64,000 nt of DNA, from sequence record DRR378314_2032. One strand, written 5' to 3'. The notes under the pieces are model-generated. The model did no database searches. It had not been told where the DNA came from and was given only the letters and a program-made list of their open reading frames with translations. Both the position numbers and the translations under genes were made by a program. Shown here in pieces: positions 50,801 to 59,197 of this stretch (within the stretch, counting starts at the first letter, position 1; the number at the start of each line of letters is the position of its first letter).

Positions 50801-51168
50801 AATTTGGAAGTGTTTATTTAAAAAATATGGGCAATGGCTCTTTTAAGGCACAAAAGCTTCCCACGAAGGCCCAATTTGGTCCAACGATGGCTTTTGAGGT
50901 AACGGATATCAACCAAGATGGTCATTTAGATGTTTTGGGGGTTGGCAACATTTACGAAGCTGAAGTGGAAACCATTCGCTATGATGCCAATACCGGCTAT
51001 ATTCTTTTGGGGGATTCAGCAGGTAATCTTACACCATACACAGATACTAGCTTTTTTACCCAGAACAATGTAAAGGATATGAAAAAGATATCTATTGGTG
51101 GAGAAGATTGTTATTTGATTGCCAATAATGATGAAGCATTGACTATTTTCAGAATGAAGAAGGGTTAG
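47878..51168 (+). CDS. FG-GAP/VCBS repeat + ASPIC/UnbV lipoprotein, paralog of 42142..45432
   Basis: Long shared blocks with 42142..45432 (FFDYDKDGDLDMYL, SKTDWSW, LVPVRGKECST.QNPFVSEKI). Confidence 0.87.
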   Translation: MGRTHKHWVFIFLLAALINCDKVDVKKKKASDAPTLFSLVPRATTGIDFKNTVEQNIDFNYIEYVYAFNGAGVAIGDINNDGLEDIYFTSNQNSNKLYLNQGDFKFMDVTEKAGLEDSDGWTTGVSMVDINNDGWLDIYVCKSASLRNDELRKNKLFINQKDGTFKNEAKQWGLDQNGFSVQSYFFDYDKDGDLDMYLVNHRHDFGQSNTIENRAEREYFKETSDHLFRNDGDTFTNVTLQAKIINKEWGLSASIGDFNNDGWLDVYVANDFIHPDYLYINNQDGTFSNQIDTRFKHIPFNGMGSDYADINNDSFPDLVVLDMLAEDHRRGKENMASMNTQGFWKMVNSGYHYSFMANTLQLNNGNGSFSDIGQLAGISKTDWSWAPLIADFDNDGYKDIFVSNGIERELGNQDYKKESVRQQKEKGAMTVQEMMDIMPSEKISNYIYRNNGDFTFEKKIDDWGLSKKINTNGAAYADLDNDGDLDLVMNNMSDQATVYENNSTHNYVNIKLIGDEKNVKAVGAKVKVYSKEKTQYQELFPSRGYQSSMGYQLNFGLGDEEKIDRVEVIWGDNTVLAMEDVAVNQTLVFDKKDFKFDGIMPEKKIKNFASIDPDSLGITFNHQENNFNDFDLQTLLPQKQSQKGPALSVADVNGDGLEDFYVGGALDQAGEMYLQTQDGKFNKAITSLLSSESRYEDTTSLFFDADTDGDLDLYVGSGSYEVGEDNPLLQDRLYINDGKGNFSKTNRLPKMLGVTKTVATNDIDGDGDLDLIVGGQVIPGKYPLSSKTHLLKNENGRFIDATEELAPELADIGIVNDLLFTDYDGDGDKDLAVVGEWTPITFFENQNGNFTKTAIPSLNQTEGWWNTITEVDLDKDGQMDYLVGNLGDNNKFHPTKEKPLHIYSTNFDADGKYDMVLSKYYKGKLVPVRGKECSTEQNPFVSEKIETYKEFANSTLIDIYGEEELDAAYHKQAHEFGSVYLKNMGNGSFKAQKLPTKAQFGPTMAFEVTDINQDGHLDVLGVGNIYEAEVETIRYDANTGYILLGDSAGNLTPYTDTSFFTQNNVKDMKKISIGGEDCYLIANNDEALTIFRMKKG

Positions 51169-53489
51169 TGATGCTGATGTTCTGACATTTTTGACGCAAA
51201 AGAAACTTCGGGAAGGTCTAGCTGCTGAATTTCTCCTCCCTCAATGATTTTAATGGTTTGATTTACCTCTACCCCTTCAAAAGTGGAAACGGGTTTGGTA
51301 TGATGTGGCCATTTGATTTCCAATTTTTTGATGATTTTGGCTGTGCCTAGCCCAATTTCGGCCATTAAGCTGTTGCCCCCGAAGCTGGCACCTGAATCAA
51401 CAGTATGGTAAATTTTTCGTGCGTTTCCATTTTCCTCGATGGTAATTACGATTTTGGCCCCAATGGCAGAACGGTTGCTCAGCTTTCCTTCCAAAACCAT
51501 ATTGATCCAATTGTTTTTATTGCCCATTGGGTTTTCAAAAAGTAAGTTTCGGAAAACATCACCTTCCACAGCGCCGCCCATCACGGCATAAATATCTTGG
51601 TCTCCATCCATGTCCATATCCCCGAAACCGATGGCATGCCCTTTTTGAATGTGTCCAAAACCACCACTGTATGTAACATCTTCAAACCTTTTACCGTTCA
51701 CATTTCGGTACATTTTGTTCGGCACGATGGAGAAAAAATCAGGGTCGCCCGTTGCCAAATAAAAGTCCAAATAGCCATCATTGTCCAAATCGCCAAAATT
51801 ACAGCCCATCGTGGCAACGGGTTCGGTTAAATTGGCTTTTAAAGATACTTCCGTAAAGGTGTTGTCCCCATTGTTTTGATACAATAGCGGCCTGTAATCC
51901 GTAGTGTTGGTTTTTATATTTCTGAGGAGCATCTCAGAGGGCAATACCTCCGAAGAAGAGTATCCTGAAACAAAAATGTCCTCATAACCATCATTGTTAT
52001 AATCAAAAAACCAAGTGGGGAAGCTCAGTTTTGGTTCGGCAACCCCGACACTTTTATCTGCAATGGCAAAAGATGGCTTCCCGGTTTCTTTGGTAGTGTT
52101 GATGTACAAGGTATTGAGTCCATCATAATCGGATAAATACAGATCGGGGTATAGATCATTGTTGACATCTCCTGTTGCCACACCTTTAAAAAAACCCGGC
52201 ACGGTTATCCCTGCATCTTTGGCAATGTTTTTGAAGCTGCCATCGCCATTGTTCAAAAACAGCTCGCAATAACTTTGTTTCGCCTCTGTCCATTCATTGG
52301 CGATGAACAAATCGAGCCATCCATCCAAGTTGACATCTACCCAAACAGCCGTTTGCGTTGGGTTCAAGGAGTATATCCCTGAAGCTTTGGTGACGTCGGT
52401 AAAGGTGCCATCCCCATTGTTTCGCATCAAGGAATTGGGAATACTGCCAAAAACGGACAACCACGCACCCCGTAGAATCACAAAATCCATATGGCCGTCG
52501 TTGTCATAGTCGGCATGTCTTAAATTCAGTCCTCCTGTAACACCTTGCAATCCGGCATCATCGGTTTTGTCAATGAAGCCACCTTTTTTATCATTCTCGA
52601 AATATTTGATTTGGTCGTTAAGGCCCCAAGAAGATGCGATGATGTCCAAATAGCCGTCACCATTAAAGTCATCCAAGCAAGTACCTCCGGACAGCAGGTT
52701 TACATCAACACCCAAATCCATAGCGATATCCGTAAAATGTGGGAACGTTGCGGCATTGGAAAAGTGCGACTCGGGAATCCTAAATTCACTGGGTACTTTT
52801 TCGGGATACTGGCCCAACGTCATATGGGCAATGTTCAATAGATATTGACATTCCAGCTCATCTGGGTTTAACACGAGCAATTCCTTAAGCAATGCTATGC
52901 TTTGTTGTGCCCCTTCCTTAATAATGTGCTGGGCCTTCGGGCTTATGGGAACGATACACGATTCATTGGTATGGTTTGCGATACAGTTGTCCTGCTCCGC
53001 CTTTCTCATATAAGCAATGGCCAATTGTTTTTTTATAAAAAACACCAACTCTTCCTTTGACGGGATATTTTGACTTTCAACAACCTGCAATACTTGGTTC
53101 AAAACGGCAATGGATTCGTCCGTTTTACCCGCATTTAGCAACTCCAGCCCATAAGTGAACAGCAGATTTAACTTCTCATTGCCCTGTGCCGATTGAAGCT
53201 TCTGCCTTAAAATATCTACTTTGGCATTGTTAAAAATATAAGGTACGTTTTCCACATTGATGCTTGCAACTCTCTGTTGGATATCATCAATCATCTCTTG
53301 GGTGGTATTCCTTTTATTTTCAGAAATACGATTCGTTTCAGCACTGGTCTTAGATTGATTTTCCTTCTCGGAGTTCACACAAGCAGAACACAGCAACGCT
53401 ACCCAAACCAAAACTGGAAAAACACTTCTTTTTGAGACGTAAAAATTATTACGATGTGAACTTATGTCCAAATCAATTTCTTCAATCAT
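51165..53489 (-). CDS. CRTAC1-like protein: helical/TPR-like region + FG-GAP repeats + C-terminal ASPIC/UnbV
   Basis: DYDNDG/DLDNDG repeats, NRSAIGAKI...GASFGGN...EIGLG; start uncertain. Confidence 0.82.
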   Translation of the reverse strand: MIEEIDLDISSHRNNFYVSKRSVFPVLVWVALLCSACVNSEKENQSKTSAETNRISENKRNTTQEMIDDIQQRVASINVENVPYIFNNAKVDILRQKLQSAQGNEKLNLLFTYGLELLNAGKTDESIAVLNQVLQVVESQNIPSKEELVFFIKKQLAIAYMRKAEQDNCIANHTNESCIVPISPKAQHIIKEGAQQSIALLKELLVLNPDELECQYLLNIAHMTLGQYPEKVPSEFRIPESHFSNAATFPHFTDIAMDLGVDVNLLSGGTCLDDFNGDGYLDIIASSWGLNDQIKYFENDKKGGFIDKTDDAGLQGVTGGLNLRHADYDNDGHMDFVILRGAWLSVFGSIPNSLMRNNGDGTFTDVTKASGIYSLNPTQTAVWVDVNLDGWLDLFIANEWTEAKQSYCELFLNNGDGSFKNIAKDAGITVPGFFKGVATGDVNNDLYPDLYLSDYDGLNTLYINTTKETGKPSFAIADKSVGVAEPKLSFPTWFFDYNNDGYEDIFVSGYSSSEVLPSEMLLRNIKTNTTDYRPLLYQNNGDNTFTEVSLKANLTEPVATMGCNFGDLDNDGYLDFYLATGDPDFFSIVPNKMYRNVNGKRFEDVTYSGGFGHIQKGHAIGFGDMDMDGDQDIYAVMGGAVEGDVFRNLLFENPMGNKNNWINMVLEGKLSNRSAIGAKIVITIEENGNARKIYHTVDSGASFGGNSLMAEIGLGTAKIIKKLEIKWPHHTKPVSTFEGVEVNQTIKIIEGGEIQQLDLPEVSFASKMSEHQHH

Positions 53490-53522
53490 AAAACAAACAA
53501 TCACTTAATCAAACTCAATGCA

Positions 53523-54839
53523 TTAGTTTTCTGTAACAAAAGTTGTGATGCTATTGGGTGGCAACAAATATAAAAAGGCATCTATACCAGATTCAATGGC
53601 AACGCTTTCTTGAGCCTCTAGGTTTTGATTGGCACTGGTCACGTAGGGAGTAACAGCAGTACTGTTCGTTCCGCTGATCACAAATTGCTGTTCCAGGGTT
53701 TGTTCTGATTGGTTTATGGCCACAACCACAACTCTTCCTTCACCGGAATATGCGCTTACCGACACTCCTGTTTGAGGGTTCTCATCAGCATCAATTCGTG
53801 TATAGCCAGGTCGAATGAACTTGGAAAAATTGGACATAACATAACCCCGCTTTGTAACCACTCCGCTGGAAGTTCCCTCTTCACCATCCCCAATAAAGCC
53901 ATAATATCTTTTGCCATACCACCAAATATAGGCACTGTATTGACCAATCGTCATACAGTCGTGGATTTCCCTGCCCACCAATAAGGCATCGGGCCACAAG
54001 TTTGCACTTCTATCGCTAGTGGTGTAATGTTCGGTCATCCAAAGTTCCTTTCCTTTTTCGAGGGCAAGAGGGTATGGATAATCCGCCACCGCAGTCCCAT
54101 AAATATGTCCGCCCACAATATCCACATTAGCTTCTGCCACGGGGTCATTTAATGTTAAATCGGTGTGTTCGTGCCTAAACTGGAACGATTCCGAGGGCAT
54201 TAGCTTGGTATTGGTGATAAGTCCTCCATAATCCCTCATAAAATCCCGTACTTGGACCGCTGACCAATTGCAGGACTCATAGGAAACTTCATAATCGCCT
54301 TCATTTTGGATGCTTATCACTTCCAAAGGAACTCCATTTGTCTCCATATATGCGGCAAAATCATTTAAATAGTTAGCGTAATCCTCATAAGATTCCGTTT
54401 TCAAAGATCCACCTATCAAATCGTTGTTGGTCTTCATTTCGGCCGGGGGGCTCCACGGGGTCGCCATGATTTTAGCGCCCCTCTCGGCTGCCAGTTGTGC
54501 ATGCTCAAGTTCAATGGCCCTTGCGTTGTCATCTGGAGCGACACGTATTCTCAAAATGGATAAACCAACCTCTCCCTCATCGTTTCCGAACAGTTTATCC
54601 ATATCAGAAGTTGTAAGTGGACTGTTCAACCTAAAAACTGTGGCAGCGCCAAAACCACTGATGTTTTGTTCAGTTTCAGCAGGCGTGATGGTAGCAGCAT
54701 CGGATTGCAGCACCGTGGGATCAGTCGGTTCCGGTGTTGGTTCAGGCCCTCCGACAGTATTGGTTTGACCATTATCACTACTACAACTGTATCCCAAAAT
54801 CACAGTTAAGATCAAAAAAAATCGTTTTATTCTTTTCAT
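53523..54839 (-). CDS. GH30 (subfamily 8-like) glucuronoxylanase lipoprotein
   Basis: GLSILRIRV, TPWSPP, SIQNEGD acid/base, LWMTEH nucleophile, WWYGKRYYG retaining the glucuronate-binding Arg position. Confidence 0.87.
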   Translation of the reverse strand: MKRIKRFFLILTVILGYSCSSDNGQTNTVGGPEPTPEPTDPTVLQSDAATITPAETEQNISGFGAATVFRLNSPLTTSDMDKLFGNDEGEVGLSILRIRVAPDDNARAIELEHAQLAAERGAKIMATPWSPPAEMKTNNDLIGGSLKTESYEDYANYLNDFAAYMETNGVPLEVISIQNEGDYEVSYESCNWSAVQVRDFMRDYGGLITNTKLMPSESFQFRHEHTDLTLNDPVAEANVDIVGGHIYGTAVADYPYPLALEKGKELWMTEHYTTSDRSANLWPDALLVGREIHDCMTIGQYSAYIWWYGKRYYGFIGDGEEGTSSGVVTKRGYVMSNFSKFIRPGYTRIDADENPQTGVSVSAYSGEGRVVVVAINQSEQTLEQQFVISGTNSTAVTPYVTSANQNLEAQESVAIESGIDAFLYLLPPNSITTFVTEN

Positions 54840-54945
54840 GCATTTTTATTTTCAATTACTGTTTAAGTCAATGATGCGAACATCAATCCCTTTAATTTAA
54901 AACCCCGTAGAGAAGCGTTATCCACACCCTTTCACTACAACATCA

Positions 54946-54993
54946 TAAATTTACGCAATCGATTGCATTTTGCCAATTTATTAATTATTTTTG
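54946..54993. promoter_or_regulatory. LacI-type operator within the divergent GH30/GH10 promoters
   Basis: ACGCAATCGATTGCAT at 54953-54968; plus-strand TTG-N20-TATTTTTG (54986-54993); minus-strand TAAATTTA (54946-54953). Confidence 0.72.
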
Positions 54994-55048
54994 GAAGAAA
55001 TCATTATAGCCACCGAATAATGGTGATTATTTTAACAAATACTTAATC

Positions 55049-56164
55049 GTGAACAAGTTTCTAATTCTATTGGTTGCCGCATTTGCACTGGCACCAAATC
55101 AATCCAAAGCACAAAAGGAAGCATCATTGAAAGATGCGTTCAAAGACAAATTCTTGATGGGTGTTGCCATCAACCGTTCGCAAATCAACCAAAGCAACCA
55201 AGAAGAAATCGATTTGATTACTTCGCAATTCAATGCGTTGACCGCGGAAAATGACATGAAATGGATGTACATACACCCAAAGCAGGACGCCTATAATTTT
55301 GAACAGGCGGATAAATTGGTGGAACTGGCAGAGGAAAATGATATGTTCGTGGTTGGCCACACGCTTGTTTGGCATAGCCAATTGGCTCCCTGGGTGTTTA
55401 CGTCCGACAATGGGGACACCATTGACAATGCAAAATTGACCGACCGTATACAAAAGCACATCGCCACCATTGTTGGGAACTACAAGGGCAAGATAGACGC
55501 TTGGGATGTGGTCAACGAAGCTTTGGAAGAAGATGGATCGTATAGAAAATCACCTTTTTTCAAAATAGGTGGAGAAGCCTTTATAGAAAAAGCGTTCCAA
55601 TTTGCCAATGCTGCGGATCCTGAGGCCGAACTGTACTACAACGACTATAATCTCATCACCCCGGCAAAGAGGGATGGCGCCATACGCATCATCAATAACC
55701 TTAAGAGCAAGGACATTAAAATAGACGGTGTTGGTGTTCAGGCCCATTGGAGTTTGGAGGGCCCATCCATCGAAGAAATTGAAACAGCCATTGAAATGTA
55801 TGCGGAGACAGGAGTAAAGGTTATGTTCACCGAGTTGGACATCTCTGTTTTGCCAAGTCCTTGGAACTCCCCTACGGCTGATATTTCGGCACGCTTTGAA
55901 AACAATCCGACGATGAACCCCTACCCCAACGGCTTGCCCGATTCGGTACAAACCCAATTGGCAAAACGGTATGAAGAAATTTTTAAGCTTTTCAACAAGC
56001 ATTCAGACAAAATCAGTAGAGTAACCTTCTGGGGATTGCACGATGGCCTGTCTTGGAAAAATAATTTCCCCATTCGAGGAAGAACGGATTATACCTTGCT
56101 CTTCGACAGGGAAATGAAACCCAAAAAGGCATTCAATGCAGTGATCAACTCGGTTAAGAATTAA
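55049..56164 (+). CDS. GH10 endo-1,4-beta-xylanase
   Basis: TAENDMK, GHTLVWHSQ, WDVVNEA, YYNDYN, MFTELD. Confidence 0.95.
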   Translation: MNKFLILLVAAFALAPNQSKAQKEASLKDAFKDKFLMGVAINRSQINQSNQEEIDLITSQFNALTAENDMKWMYIHPKQDAYNFEQADKLVELAEENDMFVVGHTLVWHSQLAPWVFTSDNGDTIDNAKLTDRIQKHIATIVGNYKGKIDAWDVVNEALEEDGSYRKSPFFKIGGEAFIEKAFQFANAADPEAELYYNDYNLITPAKRDGAIRIINNLKSKDIKIDGVGVQAHWSLEGPSIEEIETAIEMYAETGVKVMFTELDISVLPSPWNSPTADISARFENNPTMNPYPNGLPDSVQTQLAKRYEEIFKLFNKHSDKISRVTFWGLHDGLSWKNNFPIRGRTDYTLLFDREMKPKKAFNAVINSVKN

Positions 56165-56180
56165 TTTTATCAAAATACCT

Positions 56181-59162
56181 ATGAAAACAACGACCAATTT
56201 TACATATGGGGTGCTAAGTGGCCTATTGGGTTTGTCCATGCTCACCCTCCTATTATCTTGTAAAAAGGGTGAATCACCAATGGTTGGCAGTGAAAAAAAC
56301 AATCTGGAAAGAATACTTACCTTCCCGACAAAGGATGGTTTTCCTGAGGGCTCTTTCCTGACTACCAATAAGGAAGAAAGTGGATTTACCATTGTTGAAA
56401 ATGGGGTTGCTAGTGATATTTTGGTCAGCCCATCCGACCATCCAGGCGTGTTAAGGATAGCAGGTATGTTCCAAAAGGATTTGGGCCATGTCTCTGGCCA
56501 AGAACCTGAATTGATCGTTGGTGACGAATATCAATCAAAAAATCTCATCATAGTCGGTACCGTTGGCAAAAGCAGTTTGATCGATCGTTTGGGCCAAGAA
56601 GGTAAAATCGATGTAGCCCAATTGGAGGGCAAATGGGAGCAGTTCTTGATTACTTCTGTGGAAAACCCGATGGAAGGGGTAGAAAACGCTCTTATCATAG
56701 CCGGAAGCGACAAACGGGGAACCATTTTCGGGATGTTCGACCTTTCGGAAAAAATAGGTGTCTCCCCTTGGTATTGGTGGGCCGATGTTCCCATAAAAGT
56801 CCGTGAGAACATCTACGCCAAACCACAAACCTATACCCTTGGCGAACCCAAAGTAAAATATCGGGGCATATTCATCAATGACGAAGCCCCCGCATTATCG
56901 GGATGGGTGACAGAAAAATATGGTGATTTCAACAAACAGTTTTATGAAAAGGTTTTTGAATTGATCCTTCGGATGAAAGGAAACTACCTCTGGCCTGCCA
57001 TGTGGGGAAGGTCACTTTGGGACGATGACCCCACCACTGCCCCCTTAGCCGATGAAATGGGTATAGTTTTGGCCACATCGCACCACGAACCGTTGATGCG
57101 TTCGCACGTGGAATGGGACCGCCATGGGGAAGGTCCATGGGATTATGACAAAAACCCTGAAAAACTAAGGGAGTTTTGGAGAGAAGGTATGGAGCGTACC
57201 AAAGGACAAGAAAAAGTGGTGACCCTTGCCATGCGAGGAGACGGGGATGAAGCGATGAGTGAAGGCACCAATATCGATCTCTTGGAAAAAATTGTAAAAG
57301 ATCAAAGAGAGATCATAGAAGAAGTTACCGGCAAACCTATTGCGGAAACCCCACAGGTATGGGCATTGTACAAAGAAGTTCAAGATTATTATGACAAAGG
57401 TATGCGCGTTCCCGACGATGTAACCTTATTGCTGTGTGATGACAACTGGGGTCAGGTACGGGTTTTGCCAGCTTTGGACAGCGAACCTCGTGAGGGCGGA
57501 TATGGCATGTACTATCATTTTGATTTTGTTGGCGGGCCCCGGAGCTACAAATGGTTGAACACTACCCAAATTGAAAGGGTCTGGGAGCAAATGAACTTAA
57601 CATATTCTTACGGAGTGGATGAAATTTGGTTGGTCAATGTGGGAGATATCAAACCTATGGAGTTCCCGATCAGTTTCTTTTTGGATTATGCCTGGAACCC
57701 TGAGGACTTCCCCGCAGAGAAACTGCCGGAATATTACACCACATGGGCCCAAAAGCAATTTGGAACCGAGCACGCCAAAGAAATCGGTGAAATCATAGCA
57801 CTTTACACTAAATACAACTCACGCAGAAAACCAGAATTGATTGAACCGACCACCTACAGTCTACAAAACTTCAATGAAGCAGAAAAAATGGTCGAAGATT
57901 ACAATTCCTTGGTGACCCGTGCAAAAAAAGTTGAAGAGCAATTGCCAGCGGAAGCCCTTGATGCTTTTTATCAATTGGTGCTATATCCGGTGGAAGCGTG
58001 CGCAAACCTGAACGAAATGTACGTGTCTGCGGGCAAGAACAGCTATTATAATTTTCAGAACAGGGCATCCACAAACCACTTTGCCGACAAAACAAGAGAA
58101 CTGTTTTTCAAGGATACCGTGTTCACCAATCACTATCATGGTCTGGCCAATGGCAAATGGAACCATATGATTTCCCAAACCCATATGGGGCATACCGACT
58201 GGAGGGACCCAGCTTATAACAAAATGCCTTCGATATCCTACATCCAACCTGAAAACCAAGCCAATTTGGGTTACGTAGTGGAGGATGGTGTTAGTCGCTC
58301 CCCTTGGATGCAAGGTGGTCTCAACAGTAGCAGTTTTCCCTCTTTTGACCCCATCAACGATCAAAACTATTATGTGGAGATCTTCAATATGGGGCAGGAA
58401 AAATTGAGCTATACCATCACCACGGAAAACGAATGGATCAAGTTGTCTTCGAAAGGAGGCACCATTCAATATGATGAAAAAGTTTTTGTCAGTATTGACT
58501 GGAATAAAGCTCCCAGTGATCAAGACCTAGGGGAAATAACGATTAAAACTGATCATTCTGAAGAAGAAATCAAGGTTAGCGTACCTATCCGAAACGACCT
58601 CCCGGAAAACATCACAGGTTTTGTAGAAAATCAAGGTATAGTGAGCATGGATGCAGTAAATTATCAAAGTGCGAATGACACAGAAGATGTTTCCTGGCAA
58701 ACCATACCCAATCTTGGACGAACAGGGTCTGCCATAACCACTAAGCCCGTTACCGCTACAAAACAGAATCCTAACGATAACGGTCCATATTTGGAATACG
58801 ATATTTATCTTATGGATTCAGGCACTTACAACCTGACGACCTACTTTTCACCCACCCTTAACTTTCAAAAAGATGAAGGTTTGATTTATGCCGTTTCCAT
58901 TGATGGAGATGCCCCACAAATGATAAATTTGCACAAAGATGCCATAGCCGCGGATTGGACCTATCCCACTTGGTGGAACGAAGCGGTCAAGGACAACATC
59001 ATGAAACAAACCGTGCTTTCCAAAGAACTTTCGGCAGGAACGCACACCATCAGGTATTGGGCCGTTGACCCCGGGCTTGTATTGCAAAAAATAGTGCTGC
59101 AAAAAGAAGGTGTTGATGTAGAAAGTTACTTAGGTCCGCCAGAAAGCTTGATCAAGAAATAA
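56181..59162 (+). CDS. GH115 alpha-glucuronidase
   Basis: GVSPWYWWAD, YRGIFINDEAP, NYLWPAMW, SHHEP, MRGDGD, DDNWG, NVGDIKP. Confidence 0.93.
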   Translation: MKTTTNFTYGVLSGLLGLSMLTLLLSCKKGESPMVGSEKNNLERILTFPTKDGFPEGSFLTTNKEESGFTIVENGVASDILVSPSDHPGVLRIAGMFQKDLGHVSGQEPELIVGDEYQSKNLIIVGTVGKSSLIDRLGQEGKIDVAQLEGKWEQFLITSVENPMEGVENALIIAGSDKRGTIFGMFDLSEKIGVSPWYWWADVPIKVRENIYAKPQTYTLGEPKVKYRGIFINDEAPALSGWVTEKYGDFNKQFYEKVFELILRMKGNYLWPAMWGRSLWDDDPTTAPLADEMGIVLATSHHEPLMRSHVEWDRHGEGPWDYDKNPEKLREFWREGMERTKGQEKVVTLAMRGDGDEAMSEGTNIDLLEKIVKDQREIIEEVTGKPIAETPQVWALYKEVQDYYDKGMRVPDDVTLLLCDDNWGQVRVLPALDSEPREGGYGMYYHFDFVGGPRSYKWLNTTQIERVWEQMNLTYSYGVDEIWLVNVGDIKPMEFPISFFLDYAWNPEDFPAEKLPEYYTTWAQKQFGTEHAKEIGEIIALYTKYNSRRKPELIEPTTYSLQNFNEAEKMVEDYNSLVTRAKKVEEQLPAEALDAFYQLVLYPVEACANLNEMYVSAGKNSYYNFQNRASTNHFADKTRELFFKDTVFTNHYHGLANGKWNHMISQTHMGHTDWRDPAYNKMPSISYIQPENQANLGYVVEDGVSRSPWMQGGLNSSSFPSFDPINDQNYYVEIFNMGQEKLSYTITTENEWIKLSSKGGTIQYDEKVFVSIDWNKAPSDQDLGEITIKTDHSEEEIKVSVPIRNDLPENITGFVENQGIVSMDAVNYQSANDTEDVSWQTIPNLGRTGSAITTKPVTATKQNPNDNGPYLEYDIYLMDSGTYNLTTYFSPTLNFQKDEGLIYAVSIDGDAPQMINLHKDAIAADWTYPTWWNEAVKDNIMKQTVLSKELSAGTHTIRYWAVDPGLVLQKIVLQKEGVDVESYLGPPESLIKK

Positions 59163-59197
59163 TTTAATTTTCAACATAAATCAATTAAACACGTATT

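Noticed and set aside
42340-51000. Recurrent GAY-AAY-GAY-GG nucleotide repeats as a possible CRISPR or repeat array
   Set aside because: They encode FG-GAP DxDxDG motifs in paralogous proteins; no constant repeat-spacer structure
54918-54926. Perfect DnaA box TTATCCACA (another at 18127-18135)
   Set aside because: Isolated single copies, one inside a CDS; no cluster or origin context
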